From the NCBI GenBank assembly GCA_965178125.1, contig OZ237772.1, forward strand, positions 124,001 to 188,000: a stretch of 64,000 nucleotides of DNA, written 5' to 3'. Shown piece by piece: positions 1 to 11,733 of this stretch. The notes under the pieces were generated by a model. It worked only from the letters and a program-made list of their open reading frames with translations, was not told where the DNA came from and did no database searches. Made by a program: the position numbers and the translations under genes. Each line of letters starts with the position of its first letter. Position 1 is the first letter of the stretch. The DNA comes from Bilabrum cf. latius. Lineage: Eukaryota.

Positions 1-471
1 CTAAGCTGAGTTGTAACTTGCGGCAATACTTGCTGCGTCTTCTGAGTGAGCTCCTGATAGCAAAAAATCCACGAGAGAAGCGTTGATCCTGCTGCTCCAT
101 GGACCTGTGCAGTCAGAACAAGCGGCATGAGCCGGCGTGGCTTCGCGATCAGCTTCGGCCTACATAGAAGTAGCAATTGCAGCGCTTGCGTTGGCCGAAT
201 CATCCTTGGACTCCTGTTCCGCATGTCTGGGCCCCTGCTCGATACCCGGATCGTTAACCTCGACCTTGATACCAGACGCGCTGGCATCTTGAATCATGGC
301 GGATGCTTCTCCAGCCTACCAGCATTCTCGGATGATTCGAGTTAGTTCACTTGTGCTGCCTTCCATTCGCACTATCGTGTAGTCTTTGTGCCAGATACAA
401 CGGAAAACTTCGCCGTCGCCGCGCATCATGACTGCGGAACCAAACACACCCAAGTGACGTGACGTCGTCAT
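1..471 (-). CDS. Hypothetical protein, 5' part (runs off the window start); visible only with TAG=Gln
   Basis: Minus frame from ATG 471 (MTTSRHLGVFGSAVMMRGDGEVFRCIWHKDYT...) has no TAA/TGA down to base 1, only TAG codons. Head-to-head with the gene starting at 577. Confidence 0.5.
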
Positions 472-576
472 TGTTTTTCTTGCCCGAATACCTCTGCGTC
501 AGCATATGGCTCCACAGTCTGGTTCGACTGCTTTAGTGATACCAGGATACGGCTATTGACCATCAGTGCGACCTGC

Positions 577-3500
577 ATGGAGTCGAGAAGACGACGTCGT
601 GGTGCATCGTCATCACCACGCTTTCGAGCGGAGCAGCCGGCAGGAAGAGTCCAAGCGTTGCGTAGAAGTTCATTGACATATTGTCTGAGCGCATTAAAAT
701 TCCGCGAGCCCCGCTTGATCCACCCGCATATTGTCACTGTCCTGCTATGCTGGATGATCGCATGTGCAACTGCCGCAAAACCGGTGTGGCGACGAGCAAA
801 CACTGGTCTTCCCAGCAGCGGGAGTCAGTACTTTGCCGACGATGATACATCGGAAATTCAGCCACCTCCGGCAGGCATGGGATGGAGGTCTGGGCACGTC
901 CTTGCGGGTGCGGTGACGTGCGGCGGACTCGAGAGCGGGACCACGGCTGGCAGTCGCAGACTGTCGGACCCACGCACTGACCCAAGAATAACACAAGATC
1001 AAGCATCGAATACCGATACAAATCGTGCACTCCAGTCTCCATCGAATCCACACGGAGACAGCCCAACCCTGTGGCTGCTCGCGTTCGGCGGCCAGGTGGG
1101 CGATGGCCCCCACGCCCTGCGATCAGACCTGCAGGTGGCCCGGTACTCGATCGGAGCAAGCGGTGAGGCATCACAGACAGAAAATGCCGATCGCACGGGC
1201 GATGCATCGCGCGGTGGCGCATCGCAGCTGGACTGGCTTGTCCCCGAAATAGTGGGGGATCCCGCAGCGTCGAGGGGGCTTTGCTCCCCTGGGAGCCCGC
1301 GAACCTTCGCCGAAGGTTCGTGCGAGCCGGTCCCATCTGCAAGGGCGTTCGCGGGCGGGGGCAGCAGGGGCAGCGAGATGGTCGTGTTCGGCGGGCTGGG
1401 TGCTGGCGGTGACCTGGGTGACCTGTGGAGTGCCAGAGTGCTAGAGCGAGAGGTGCAGGTGCAGGACGATGTCACGATGGCAGCAGCGTCAGCAGCAGCC
1501 GGAGGCAGGAATGGGGATGGTGGAAGCACGAGGCCCCCAGAAGAGGAAGAACATGGTGGTGCTCGCCGGTCCTCCACCACACCGCAGGGTGGTCAACGTG
1601 AGGGCAGCGGCAGTGTGCAGGTGGCCTGGACGCGACTTTGGCCACCGCAAGGAGCACTCGTCACACCACTGATGGATGCGTGCCAGGACGGACCAGCTGA
1701 CGCGAACCGAGCGGTTTCAAGGGGTCTTCTGCTCTGCCCTAGGCCTCGGCGGGAGGCTGTCGTGGCCGTGTGGGAGGGCATGGTGTTCGTGGCCGGCGGG
1801 GGCTGGTCCCTGGGAGCAGCGATCGGGCCAGTGCCTGGGAGCACCAGCACGTCCGGTCTTTGGGGTGAGCTGGGGGCAGGGGGTGGCGCGTTTGTTCCCC
1901 AGCCCACTCAGGTGGAGGCTGGGCCAGGGCTGTGGGTATGGACGGACGGTTGGTCTGCCGGATCGGGTGCATCGCACGATGGTGCTAGCGGCCAGTGGCA
2001 CATCGTGCCCGAGTCTGTTCCCTATTCGGAATCATTATCACCAGACAAGGCCGCTTCCCAGTGGCTGCTGGGGCGCATGGCTGCCGCGGGTGGTGCGGCC
2101 ACAGCGGTGGAATGGGTGGTTCCGCAGGACGGAACAGGCGCCGCGCAGTCCCAGTGGCAGGAGCGCGTGCCGGTGTCTCTAGCATGGGGTGGCATGCCGC
2201 CTGCGGAACTTGCCGCGCGGTGCCGCGGCGCCGCGCAGAACGGTTCCGCCACGGGACAAGCAAACCCTCGCCTCGCGACCATTTTTATTGCCGGTGGCCG
2301 CACGCCCATCGGGCCGGATTCCGGCTCCGGACTGGGGCCTCGCCCGACCCAGTCTCGGTTTGCAATGCTGCGGCCGCTGGTGGTGGCTGTGGATCTCGCA
2401 TTGACTCCCGAGGGGATTTCCCCCAGCGTATCGGGGTCAAGCACAGGTGGCAGCCAACAGGGAGCATAGAGAAGAACAAGTCAGTCGGAGACACTCGACC
2501 ACGGAGCTGGCACAGGCGTAACGGGCGCAGGCGCGGGGCTGGGCAGCACTCGTCACCGGAGGTCGCTCCAACTGACGCCCAGCCCGAGCCCCTCTGCGTC
2601 TGTCACACCCGCCCCCTCCGTGACCCCGAGCCCCTCTGTGTCTGTCACACCCGCCCCCTCCGTGACCCCGAGTGCCTCACCGGGTCCGATCGAATGCCCC
2701 TTGCTGTGGGAGGGCCGAGACGCGACCGATGACGATGGGCCGCAGGGTGCCGCCACCCCCGGCGACGCCCTCTGGCCGCAGGGGCCCTCTGTTTCGCGCG
2801 GCGTCTGCGGGAGGTTCCGCACGCTTCGGTCCGTGCTGGGCGATGGGGAGGTTGCAACCAGCAGTGCATTGGGACCGGAGCGGGGCTTCGCGGGTGCCGC
2901 TGTAGTGCGCGGCGCCATTGGTCCCGCTGGTGCCGGTGCAGGGCATCGGTCGGCAATGAGCCTAGTGGTCTCGGGGGGTTACAACCGGTTCTCGGCCACG
3001 GGGCGCGGCGGCGCCGCCGGTATCGTTCTGCGTGACGTGCTGGCTGCGGAACTCCCGGCGCCGCGCAATCCAGGTCCCGCGGAACCCGCCCCGCAGTCGC
3101 AGCAGCTCAGCTGGAAGATCAACGATGAGCCCGGGCCGCAGCAGCAATAGGCACTGCAGGACAACACCGATGCACCTGCTCCTCGATTCGGAGCCGCAAT
3201 GATCCCAGCGGTGCCGGTGGAGCTGCTCGCAACAGGCGACATGTCGAATGCGGAACCGGCGCCGCGCGAACTGGCCCTGCTCGCTGGCGGTCGCCTGGGC
3301 CTGGTGCTGGACGACGGCTGGTGGCTCTTGGACTCCGAATCGCACTCAGAAGGCGCCGCGCAATCTAGTGCGGAACCTGGCGCGGCGTGGCGTGTCGCCG
3401 TGGCGGCGGATTTCCAGCACGAGCTGATGAGGCCTCGCTTCGTGTCGCCGGGGACCATCACTCTCCTCGCCGCGGCCGGTGTGACGATCGCGGTGTTCGG

Positions 3501-4506
3501 GGGGATCGAGGCGGCGCGGCGGTGCGGCACGCTCGGGGCGTGTCTCGGCTGCGACTGCTGCCTGGGTGAGGATGACGAGTACGAGGAGAACGGCGGTGCC
3601 GGGGGCCAGGGATGGTTCGGCACCGGCACCGGCGGTAGTAATGGGGGTGGACTCAGGATAGGAGAGCTAGGCATGCTGAAGGAGAAGAAATGGAGGGGAA
3701 GACGGAGGCGTCGGATCAGCAGCGGGCGGATCGCTGAGTAGTGCAAGGCCCCAGAATCCACCGATGTTGCCCCAGCGGCAACTACTAGAGCCACGCAAGG
3801 TTCCGAGACCTAGTGTGGTGAGTGCAGCCACAGCAATGGTACTGTGACGAGTGGTCGAGTTGGAGAACGGCAGTAGCAACAACAAGAGGAGGAGGAGGAG
3901 CAGTGCGCCGTGTGCCTGAGCGAGTTCGAGACGGGCGAGGACGTGACGGTGCTGCCCTGCAAGCACGCGTACCACACGCCGTGCATCCGGCAGTGGCTGG
4001 GCCAGCACACGACGTGTCCTCTGTGCAAGCGATCAGTGCGCGCCGCTTTGCGTCGTCAGGCCATGGCCCAGGCTCGGCGCGAGAGACTTTGCTGCGGTCT
4101 GTGGGGCGCGTGCTGCCCGGAGTAGGAGTAGGAGTAGGAGGACGAAGAGGAAGATGAAGGAGGGGTGAATGAAATCGAAATGGTCGAGGCTGCAGGGGCA
4201 GGTCGTCCAGAAGGTACAAGCGTAGACAATGATGGCGTCATAGGTGGATCTACCGGTGGAAATCGCGGGAATAGTAGGACTGGGGGCGGTGATGCCGGTG
4301 CTGTGGACGGGGTCGGTCTGCCTGGATAGCGCGGGGGCTATAGCTATAGTATCCGTCGGGAAGGCTCCAATGGTGTGGAAGACATGGCTGCACGCGAAAC
4401 GTCGGCATCTGCCGTGGGGTCATCGTCCAGAGCAGGTGGAGCAACCGTTGTACGGCGGGATACCGAGGGGCGAGAGGCATCAGAACCAAATGGTATCCTT
4501 GTTTGA
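577..4506 (+). CDS. Kelch-like beta-propeller, Ser/Pro/Thr linker, transmembrane and C-terminal RING-H2 protein (putative membrane E3 ubiquitin ligase), ~1309 aa
   Basis: ORFs 556-2469, 2620-3150, 3199-3741 and 3910-4125 are in one frame, separated only by TAG; first real stop is TGA 4504-4506. Kelch-type motifs (MVVFGGLGAGGDLGDLW, PRPRREAVVAVWEGMVFVAGG, PAPRFGAAM), hydrophobic ITLLAAAGVTIAVFGGI, and RING-H2 CAVCLSEFETGEDVTVLPCKHAYHTPCIRQWLGQHTTCPLC. Confidence 0.85.
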
Positions 4507-4548
4507 ATCGATCTGGTGCTGAATCCACGTGATCCAGGAATACCTATC

Positions 4549-4855
4549 GGGGCAAGTCCCAGGATACATGAGGGAAATCTCTACTCGGCGGTTATGATAG
4601 CATGCCAACTCAGTATGACGGAACCCGCCGTCGCCCTGTCGGCGGATCCATGCGAAAAACTTTCACACCGAACGGCACGAATTGAAGTGTTTGCAAGAAG
4701 GACCGCTTATAACCCTCATAGGATATTAAGCCCTTAAATAAAATAAGGGTACGGCATCGTGACTTCCATGAAAGCTTCTTTTACGTAACCTTACAGACTC
4801 AACCACCCAAATACAACTAGAAATCTAGGGCATCGAACACAGAGCCGTCGCAATG
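4549..4855. repeat. Diverged direct repeat, copy 1 (~300 bp)
   Basis: Collinear with 11449-11716; shared blocks include GGGGCAAGTCC, ATGACGGAACCCGC, TCGGCGGATCCA, CACCGAACGGCACGAAT, GACCGCTTAT, GGCATCGTGACTT, CATGAAAGCTTCTTTTAC, GGCATCGAACACAGAGCCGTCGC. Confidence 0.9.
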
Positions 4856-5259
4856 CGTCCATCGAAGGAGACACACGGATGGGCGGTAGACCCCAGTGCC
4901 TAGTCTACATCTGTACATCTGTGGCTCTGCATGTTCCTCCTCAGCCTCCACTCGAGCACGTGTCCCAAGGACAGTGCCTCGGGAGGGAGCACAAACCAGG
5001 ACCCGAACAACTCGGAATCAGTCGGGCCTGATCCCAAGTCTAAGTGTGCCTTGCACCTGGAGCCCCTTCCTCGCGTTGGGTTCTCCCTGTTGACACCGCA
5101 CTATCGTCGCCTGTGCCGGTGTCCCCCTCTTCTTCTCCACCTCCTGTCCTCCTGCGCCCGCCTCGTCTTCCGGCTCCCCTCTGCTCCCCGTCGCTTCAAT
5201 TCTGATGTCTAAGTAAGTACACAGACCATCAGTACAGCAGGCCCGAGTCGTCTTCAAAC

Positions 5260-8200
5260 TTAAACACTGCCCTGTTCCTTGCCGGCCCGGGCCTTTTGCA
5301 TCGACGACACCCAGGAGTGGGTCTAGGCTGGCGACTTAGGGCTGACCCGTCTTTCAACTGGATCGGCGTCCTGCATCAGCTTGCGCTTCTCGTCTGCCTG
5401 CAGGTCCCAAGGATGCATTCGATTCAGGGTAATCTGCGCATCAGGGAACAAAAACCTGCGGAACTCATCCCCTTTCAGAATCCACACATCTGACACATCC
5501 ACACCCTCGAGTTTCTCTGTCTCATCCTGGGTTTTGCCGCCCACCTACCCAGCAGCTACCATTTTCTGAACTTTCCGTGCCACGGGTGCCAGGGACATCA
5601 GCATGCGATGGAACTGGATTTCGTCCTCTCCCACGCCAAGCGCACGAGCATATGCAGCTCTCGCCTGGTCAACATTTGCCTTGCTCAGGAACGACTTAAC
5701 CCTTGTCTTGTCCACGGAAGATTCGCCGCCTTTCACCTGAATTCGAATTACGTGGTACTGCACCTGTGATTGTGACTACGTGCCAGTGCCGTGTGTCGTG
5801 CCCCTCGCTTCCAAAATCACAGAGAGATCGACTCCTGCCTCGTCCGGTGCCTCCCGCATCACGCGTCCGATGAGCTCTTCTCGGCTACGCTCGAATGGCT
5901 TGTCAATGTAAAAGAGGGACTCGGTTTCTTGAAAACAGCCCCCACGGTCGTGCTCTACGATGGGGTCCGATATGCCCTCCCACACCTCCTTGGGCACCTT
6001 GGGCAGCAAACCCTTCGCCAGTATCTTTGACACCAGCCCGCGGTGCAGCGACTCGGCCACTACCATCTCGAAATCCTTGCCAAAGCGGCCGTCCTAGGTC
6101 TGCAGAGATCCGTGCTCGCGCTAGGTTAAGTACACACCTTTTATACTGGCGGTGTGCTGCTTGACCAAGAAAGCAAATGCGCCCCCGAGGAAGCTCGTGA
6201 AGGCTGGCGATATGGCCCCTTCCTGCGGGTTGTGCGGCCCCTCGTGCTTGGTGCGATACCCGACTAGCTGCTTATTACGCCAAAGAGACAACCGTTTCTC
6301 GAGCTCTAGCGCTTTCTTCTCTCTATCCTCGCCCTAGCTGATCTCTACGCCTGCCAGCCTCTCCATCTGTGTCAAAACTTCCGGCACGGGGAGCTGCGGA
6401 AGGCTAGCAAGTGGATTCCTCAGGGAATCCCGCAGCCACGTTGGGTTATCGGAGTCCATGAGGCTCAGCATTCCTAGCATCACATCTCGGAAACCATCTG
6501 TGTTCTCGTCCATGTGCCGGAACCAGTCCACCATCTTGACCTCCATAGACCCCCCGCCATTGATATCAGCTAGACTACGCGCCAGGCCCCCAGTCTGCCA
6601 CACCATGTGTCTCAGCTTGTCTCTGGCCCTGATTGCAGCACCCATGGCCCTTGGATCACTCAGCAATTCCTTGGCAAGCTGCTGGGTCAGCCTGCCAGCA
6701 TGTACCTTAGACTACGACTCGCCATCCAGGACAGCGCCCTCTGACAATGCAGCATGGTCTGTCCGCACCCAGAACGACCGCATAGCTTCGTTGACGGCCT
6801 CCAGGCTCGGAAACACCATCTGACCTGTACTGGCCCATGGACTCGAGGCTGGGGCATCTTGAATGGCTAGTGCAAGGGCCAGAACGACATCCTGCCCACA
6901 CACAGGCCCATTAACTGCAGCCGGATCGCTGCCGTCGTCTGGTAACCAATCTTTCTTCCAAGCCGCCGCATTTCGCTACCGGAGCAGCATGAGGCAGATC
7001 TCATCCTCTGCATAGGTGAAATCCATCCACCTCGACTTGAACTTGGAGCGCTGCAGCGCAAGCTTGAACTAGGTACTGTCTTTCGGCCGTTCGTAGACGA
7101 TGCTGCCCAGCTCACTTCCAGTTCCAGTAAGCACGACCATGACACCAAAATCAATGCTGACACCGCGATCCACCGCCCTCCAGAACTTCAGGGACCTCGG
7201 CGTATACTCGGCATTGCAAGCGGGACTCGCTTCCTGCACTACTTCACGCGCTAGCTAGGCCTCATCAATGGCAATCACACAGTCAATCTTTCGATCCTGC
7301 ATGAACTAAGCAATGCCCTCCATCCTTGCTGATGATGGTTTCGATGATTGGGCCCAATTCGGCACAACGCCCTTGCTGTCTCGCAGAAGACCCAACTAGT
7401 CCAGTGACACGGCGATGTACGCCCAAAGAGGTGCTATATCAAGTGGTGTGGGTTCATCTTGAACGACCTCCGGAATGTAAATCCCTACGTGGTGCATGGA
7501 ACCAGCGTGAGTGCTACAGTCTCGGAGCGCCCACCCAGCCAACTACTTGCCAAGTACCATGTTGCGCACCAACTGAGACTTGCCGAATCCCTTGTATCCC
7601 ATCAGTGTGCCACCCCGTAGACCGACGTTGTCTTTCTAGAAACAGAGTTCAAGCAAGTCCTTCAGCTGCTACCCGCGCGGAGACACACCATCTTCTACAT
7701 CCACGATTGGTAGGAATCTATCATCGAAGATGGCGGATGCAGGAGCGCACTTTACGATGACATGCACCATTGCATCCCCAAGTAGCCTCAAAGACTAACG
7801 CACTGCGCCTGCAAGCTTGGGAGGGACACTATTCGACTGAATGTGGCCCTTGATGGCCTCCTCGAGCGTGTCTGCCTGAAAGGGCTGTGGAATTTTGAAA
7901 CCGCTCTCTGCTGCTGCGGCGCTGATTGCTGTAACTAATTTGCCGGCATTTGGCATAAACTAGTTTCGATGGTTGGGGTCTCCCCTAATTTGGTCGAGGT
8001 AACTTGGCGCAGGCAGGCCCTCCCTCGTGAGCTTGTCTTCCTCTTCCTGGCGCATCTAGGCATCGTGCTCAAGCAGCTTGTCCACAGCTTCACGCAATTT
8101 CTCGAGATCTATCTCTGCCTGCTCACTCCGGAGGTACTCGATCGAGCTCTCATGCGCCAAATAGCCCAGCAAGCCCATGCCGTGCAAGTAGACGGCCTTG

Positions 8201-8733
8201 TCAACCTCCGCAGCAGTCAAACCATCGGCCTGCAACAAATCGGCGCTATCACCCGCATCCAGACGCAACAAAATAGCATGAATGGATTCCGCAGCTCCTG
8301 CGGGCTCCTTTTCAGCATTCAAGAAAGACAACGATATACCATACACTTGGCACTGTGCCATGTCGTCGGCGGCCTTCTCCACAACCTCTCGAGGGTGCAA
8401 ATGAAGCTATTTAAATATCGATTTGACCTCTAATCTAAAGGTGTAGATGGATTTATGTTTTTGCCAAGCCGTCCCCAATGCTGGCGTCCAATCCTTGAGG
8501 TCACTCATGGTGTTGCGGCCAGCTCCCGTCGACATGGTACGGTCGACTATTTTGTGGCTTGTTCTCACCAAATACATACCATCACTTCTAAATTGTCTTA
8601 CATCGCGAATATGCAGACTGCACCTTCCTACCGTTAGCGCTGGAAAGGTTGAACGGATAGAAAGCACACCCCTCGCAGCATCTCGGAAAGGCTTCCACGA
8701 AATGGCACTTAAAGCCCTCCAGCTTCGATGCAT
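5260..8733 (-). CDS. P-loop NTPase fused to C-terminal PD-(D/E)xK restriction-endonuclease-fold domain (Crinkler/RHS 'CR-NTPase+REase'-like), ~1157 aa, intronless
   Basis: One minus frame from ATG 8733 to TAA 5260-5262 with about 19 in-frame TAGs and no TAA/TGA. Walker A GYKGFGKS (~7580-7600), Walker B CVIAIDEA[TAG] (~7255-7285), VVLTGTG sensor strand, TGGLARSL helical motif, then nuclease motifs GKDFE...PDEAGVDL...IRIQVK. Confidence 0.85.
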
Positions 8734-9111
8734 AACTAGACTAAATGGTTAAAGGCTCCCACTTGCTAGTTCCCCACGACAAAAAAGTGCTCTGATCGAG
8801 CAGATTACGGCGCTAAAACGTACTCTGTGGTCCGGCGTACGGGGGCACTGCGTCCCCGGTAGCCGAGGGGAGAATAACGGGGGGGTGCAGGCCGCAGGGT
8901 TACTTCCGTACTTTTTTGCGCGGCGCCAATCAGCAGATGCATTCGGAGCCAAATCGCGTAAAATAGTGCACTGGCCGACTAGACTGGGTTCACAAGCGAC
9001 CTAGGCCACGGAAGAGTGGCCCGACGCAGCGAAACGGAACGTAGGGCGCGCGGTGAGCAGTCCACCTCACTTCTACTGAGGAACCAGGTGTACAGCAGCC
9101 GAGAGCTCGGG

Positions 9112-11374
9112 ATGTTTTCGCCATCATCTACACTTGACAATATTCTTCGTCGCCGCGCGCAGTTCGAAGGGCTCCTAAAGACGCAAAATGCAGGATTCTC
9201 GCGGGTAGGTTTCTTTCTACAACGGGCAGCGTGGTCCGCCCAAGTCTCCATCAGCAGTGCATCCACGCGTTCTGCACTTTCACCGCGCACCATTCAAGAT
9301 GTACTGCTCCCCGACAGTGCCAGTGCCAACCCGCGTTCAACGACGGCTTTTGAGTTTTGGCAACAACTTCTCTTCCGTGACGGACAGATGGCACCCGGTA
9401 TAGCAGGCCGTGTCTTCCAGGCGATCGGATTCGATGCAACCCAACAACACCGCGCGGAATGGCCCGATATCTTGCGCAGCACCCAACTGGACGGCATTCC
9501 TACCCCGTTTCCTGCGAACTTCGCATGCGAGGCTTTGAACCTTCTGCTGGAGCCGCTGGAGGTCGACCTCACGGAAGGGTCGGCGGCGCTCGGCGGAAGA
9601 ATCGTCATCTGGGGTTCTCTTCTGCGGCTCCTCCAAACGAACCCGCTTGACCCAGGTCTGCACTACACGGCGAACCAGTACGGCATTGCAATCATCCCCT
9701 TTGCACAGGCCCTGTACCACACGAACCCCCCAGCACATGCCCATCTGGCTGGGCCGCCTCCAGTGCCGGAAGAAGGGACCAGTCGAGCTGCAGGCCCGCC
9801 TGCACTGCCGGGGAAGGACCCCCACCACTACCCACCTTATCCGCTCCAACGTACAGCACTGGAGCCGTGGCCAACGATGGGAGTAATCGGCGGCCCCGTT
9901 TCCTCTCGCGACGCCAATCTCCTCGATTGCGCAGATGGGCACGACCCGCTGGGACCTGCAGCACCAAGGAGTCAGCCCAGGCCTGCAGTACAGTACCGCC
10001 GGCGGGGAGCGGAGTCACGACACAGCCTCGGGTGCCCCAGATGCCCTGGGAGGCATCGGTCGGAAGCGCGTGGCGGATACGGTTTTCGTTGACCAACCAG
10101 ACGCGCAGCGAGCCCGACTGGATCCGCAGGCAGGGTCCAGCGACGGGCCTGCGCCCCATGGTGAGTGCGCCTGGCACGACTCTATCTTGGGCCGTGTTCA
10201 TCGTGCTGCGTTGCCATTTGAAGCCAAGCGATCGGATAAGACAGTGGGGGGCTCCAACCCATCGTCATGGTTCCTGTTCCGTGGGTAGCGCTATGCAGCA
10301 GGTAGGGACGGTGGGGGCAACTAGATGGTGCAGGACGAGGCCGTACAACGCCCATTCGCAGGCCAGTTCGCGGGAACCACGACGTTAGATGTAGGGCCCA
10401 GTACCCGGCTGTTACGAGATCTGGGGCGGTCGCTGCGGCTATGCAAGGACGAACAGGCATGGCACACACAGACGATTGCCAAGGCCCAAGGCCCCGGCCT
10501 GCAGACGCACATGATAGTAGTGGCTCGGCCAGCCATGCTTCTATGCTCACACCTTCTGCCCGCACTGGGGTTCTCGGGGGTCAAGAACTCCTTGGACTCA
10601 GATGGGCGTATGCCGCCAGACTTTGAGCAGTTGCGCGCAGGTCTTACGGGCCTGGAAGCGAGGTCGTGGGGAGTGACGGCTACGGATGCCGTGATGGACG
10701 CGTTCGATTGGATGAACGCATCGGCAGCGTGGAGATGCACTCCGTTCCTAACGGAGCACGTGTGCATTGGCATCCAGGGAGTGATTGAAGGGGACGAGCA
10801 GTGTGAGGCAGCTGGGCTGCAGGTACTGGACGCATACTCATCGGGTACCGACGCTGGATCAGGGGCGGACACGATCGCCATCAGCACTGCCATGCAAGCA
10901 CTGTACGCAGCGACGAAGGATGCGGTGGAGGCGGACACGATCGCCATCAGCACTGCCATGCAAGCACTGTACGCAGCGATGAAGGATGCGGTGGAGGCGG
11001 ACACGATCGCCATCAGCACTGCCATGCAAGCACTGTACGCAGCGATGAAGGATGCGGTGGAGGCGGACACGATCGCCATCAGCACTGCCATGCAAGCACT
11101 GTACGCAGCGATGAAGGATGCGGTGGAGGCGGACACGATCGCCATCAGCACTGCCATGCAAGCACTGTACGCAGCGATGAAGGATGCGGTGGAGGCGGAC
11201 ACGATCGCCATCAGCACTGCCATGCAAGCACTGTACGCAGCGATGAAGGATGCGGTGGAGGCGGACACGATCGCCATCAGCACTGCCATGCAAGCACTGT
11301 ACGCAGCGATGAAGGATGCGGTGGAGGCGGACACGATCGCCATCAGCACTGCCATGCAAGCACTGTACGAATAA
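9112..11374 (+). CDS. Hypothetical protein with possible PD-(D/E)xK-like motif and C-terminal 22-aa tandem repeats, ~736 aa; exons 9112-9882 and 9935-11374
   Basis: ORF 9016-10092 joins the 9935 frame through a 52-nt phase-0 intron (GTAATC...TTGCGCAG, 9883-9934). ORFs 9935-10288 and 10325-11374 are same-frame, linked via TAGs, ending in TAA. Motif VADTVFVD...LPFEAKR. Start codon uncertain. Confidence 0.6.
10865..11369 (+). repeat. Coding minisatellite, 66-bp unit x ~7.6 (encodes ADTIAISTAMQALYAAMKDAVE)
   Basis: Unit GCGGACACGATCGCCATCAGCACTGCCATGCAAGCACTGTACGCAGCGATGAAGGATGCGGTGGAG starts at 10865, 10931, 10997 ... 11327 (partial); near-perfect identity. Confidence 0.97.
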
Positions 11375-11448
11375 AAGCGCAAAATTCAGCTCCCCGCCGC
11401 CCCCTGAGGGATACCCATACGAGAGGTTCGAGAAGGCTTTTGATTATT

Positions 11449-11716
11449 GGGGCAAGTCCTAGGATGAATGATGGAAATCTGCGTTCGGCGGTTTTGATAG
11501 AACGCCAACTCGGCATGACGGAACCCGCTCTCGCCCTCTCGGCGGATCCACGCGAAATGCTTCCTCACCGAACGGCACGAATAAAAGTGATTGCAAGAGC
11601 GACCGCTTATACTAACCCCTTAAGTAGGGCATCGTGACTTTCATGAAAGCTTCTTTTACAGACTCAACCACTCAAATACAACCAGATATGGCATCGAACA
11701 CAGAGCCGTCGCCATG
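11449..11716. repeat. Diverged direct repeat, copy 2
   Basis: Collinear homolog of 4549-4855 with substitutions and small indels. Confidence 0.9.
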
Positions 11717-11733
11717 TGCCTGCATCCACCGAT

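Noticed and set aside
10321-11382. Antisense ORFs (353 aa and 166 aa) over the 66-bp repeat
   Set aside because: Open only because the repeat unit lacks stops; they shadow the + strand gene.
11605-11625. CTAACCC-like motif suggesting a telomerase RNA template in the direct repeat
   Set aside because: Not a 1.5x telomeric repeat and not conserved between copies (TAACCCTCA vs CTAACCCCT).
4549-11716. LTR or DIRS/Ngaro retrotransposon, or endogenous virophage/Polinton
   Set aside because: No gag, RT, RNase H, integrase, tyrosine recombinase, pPolB or capsid motifs recognised; no TG...CA termini or TSD found.
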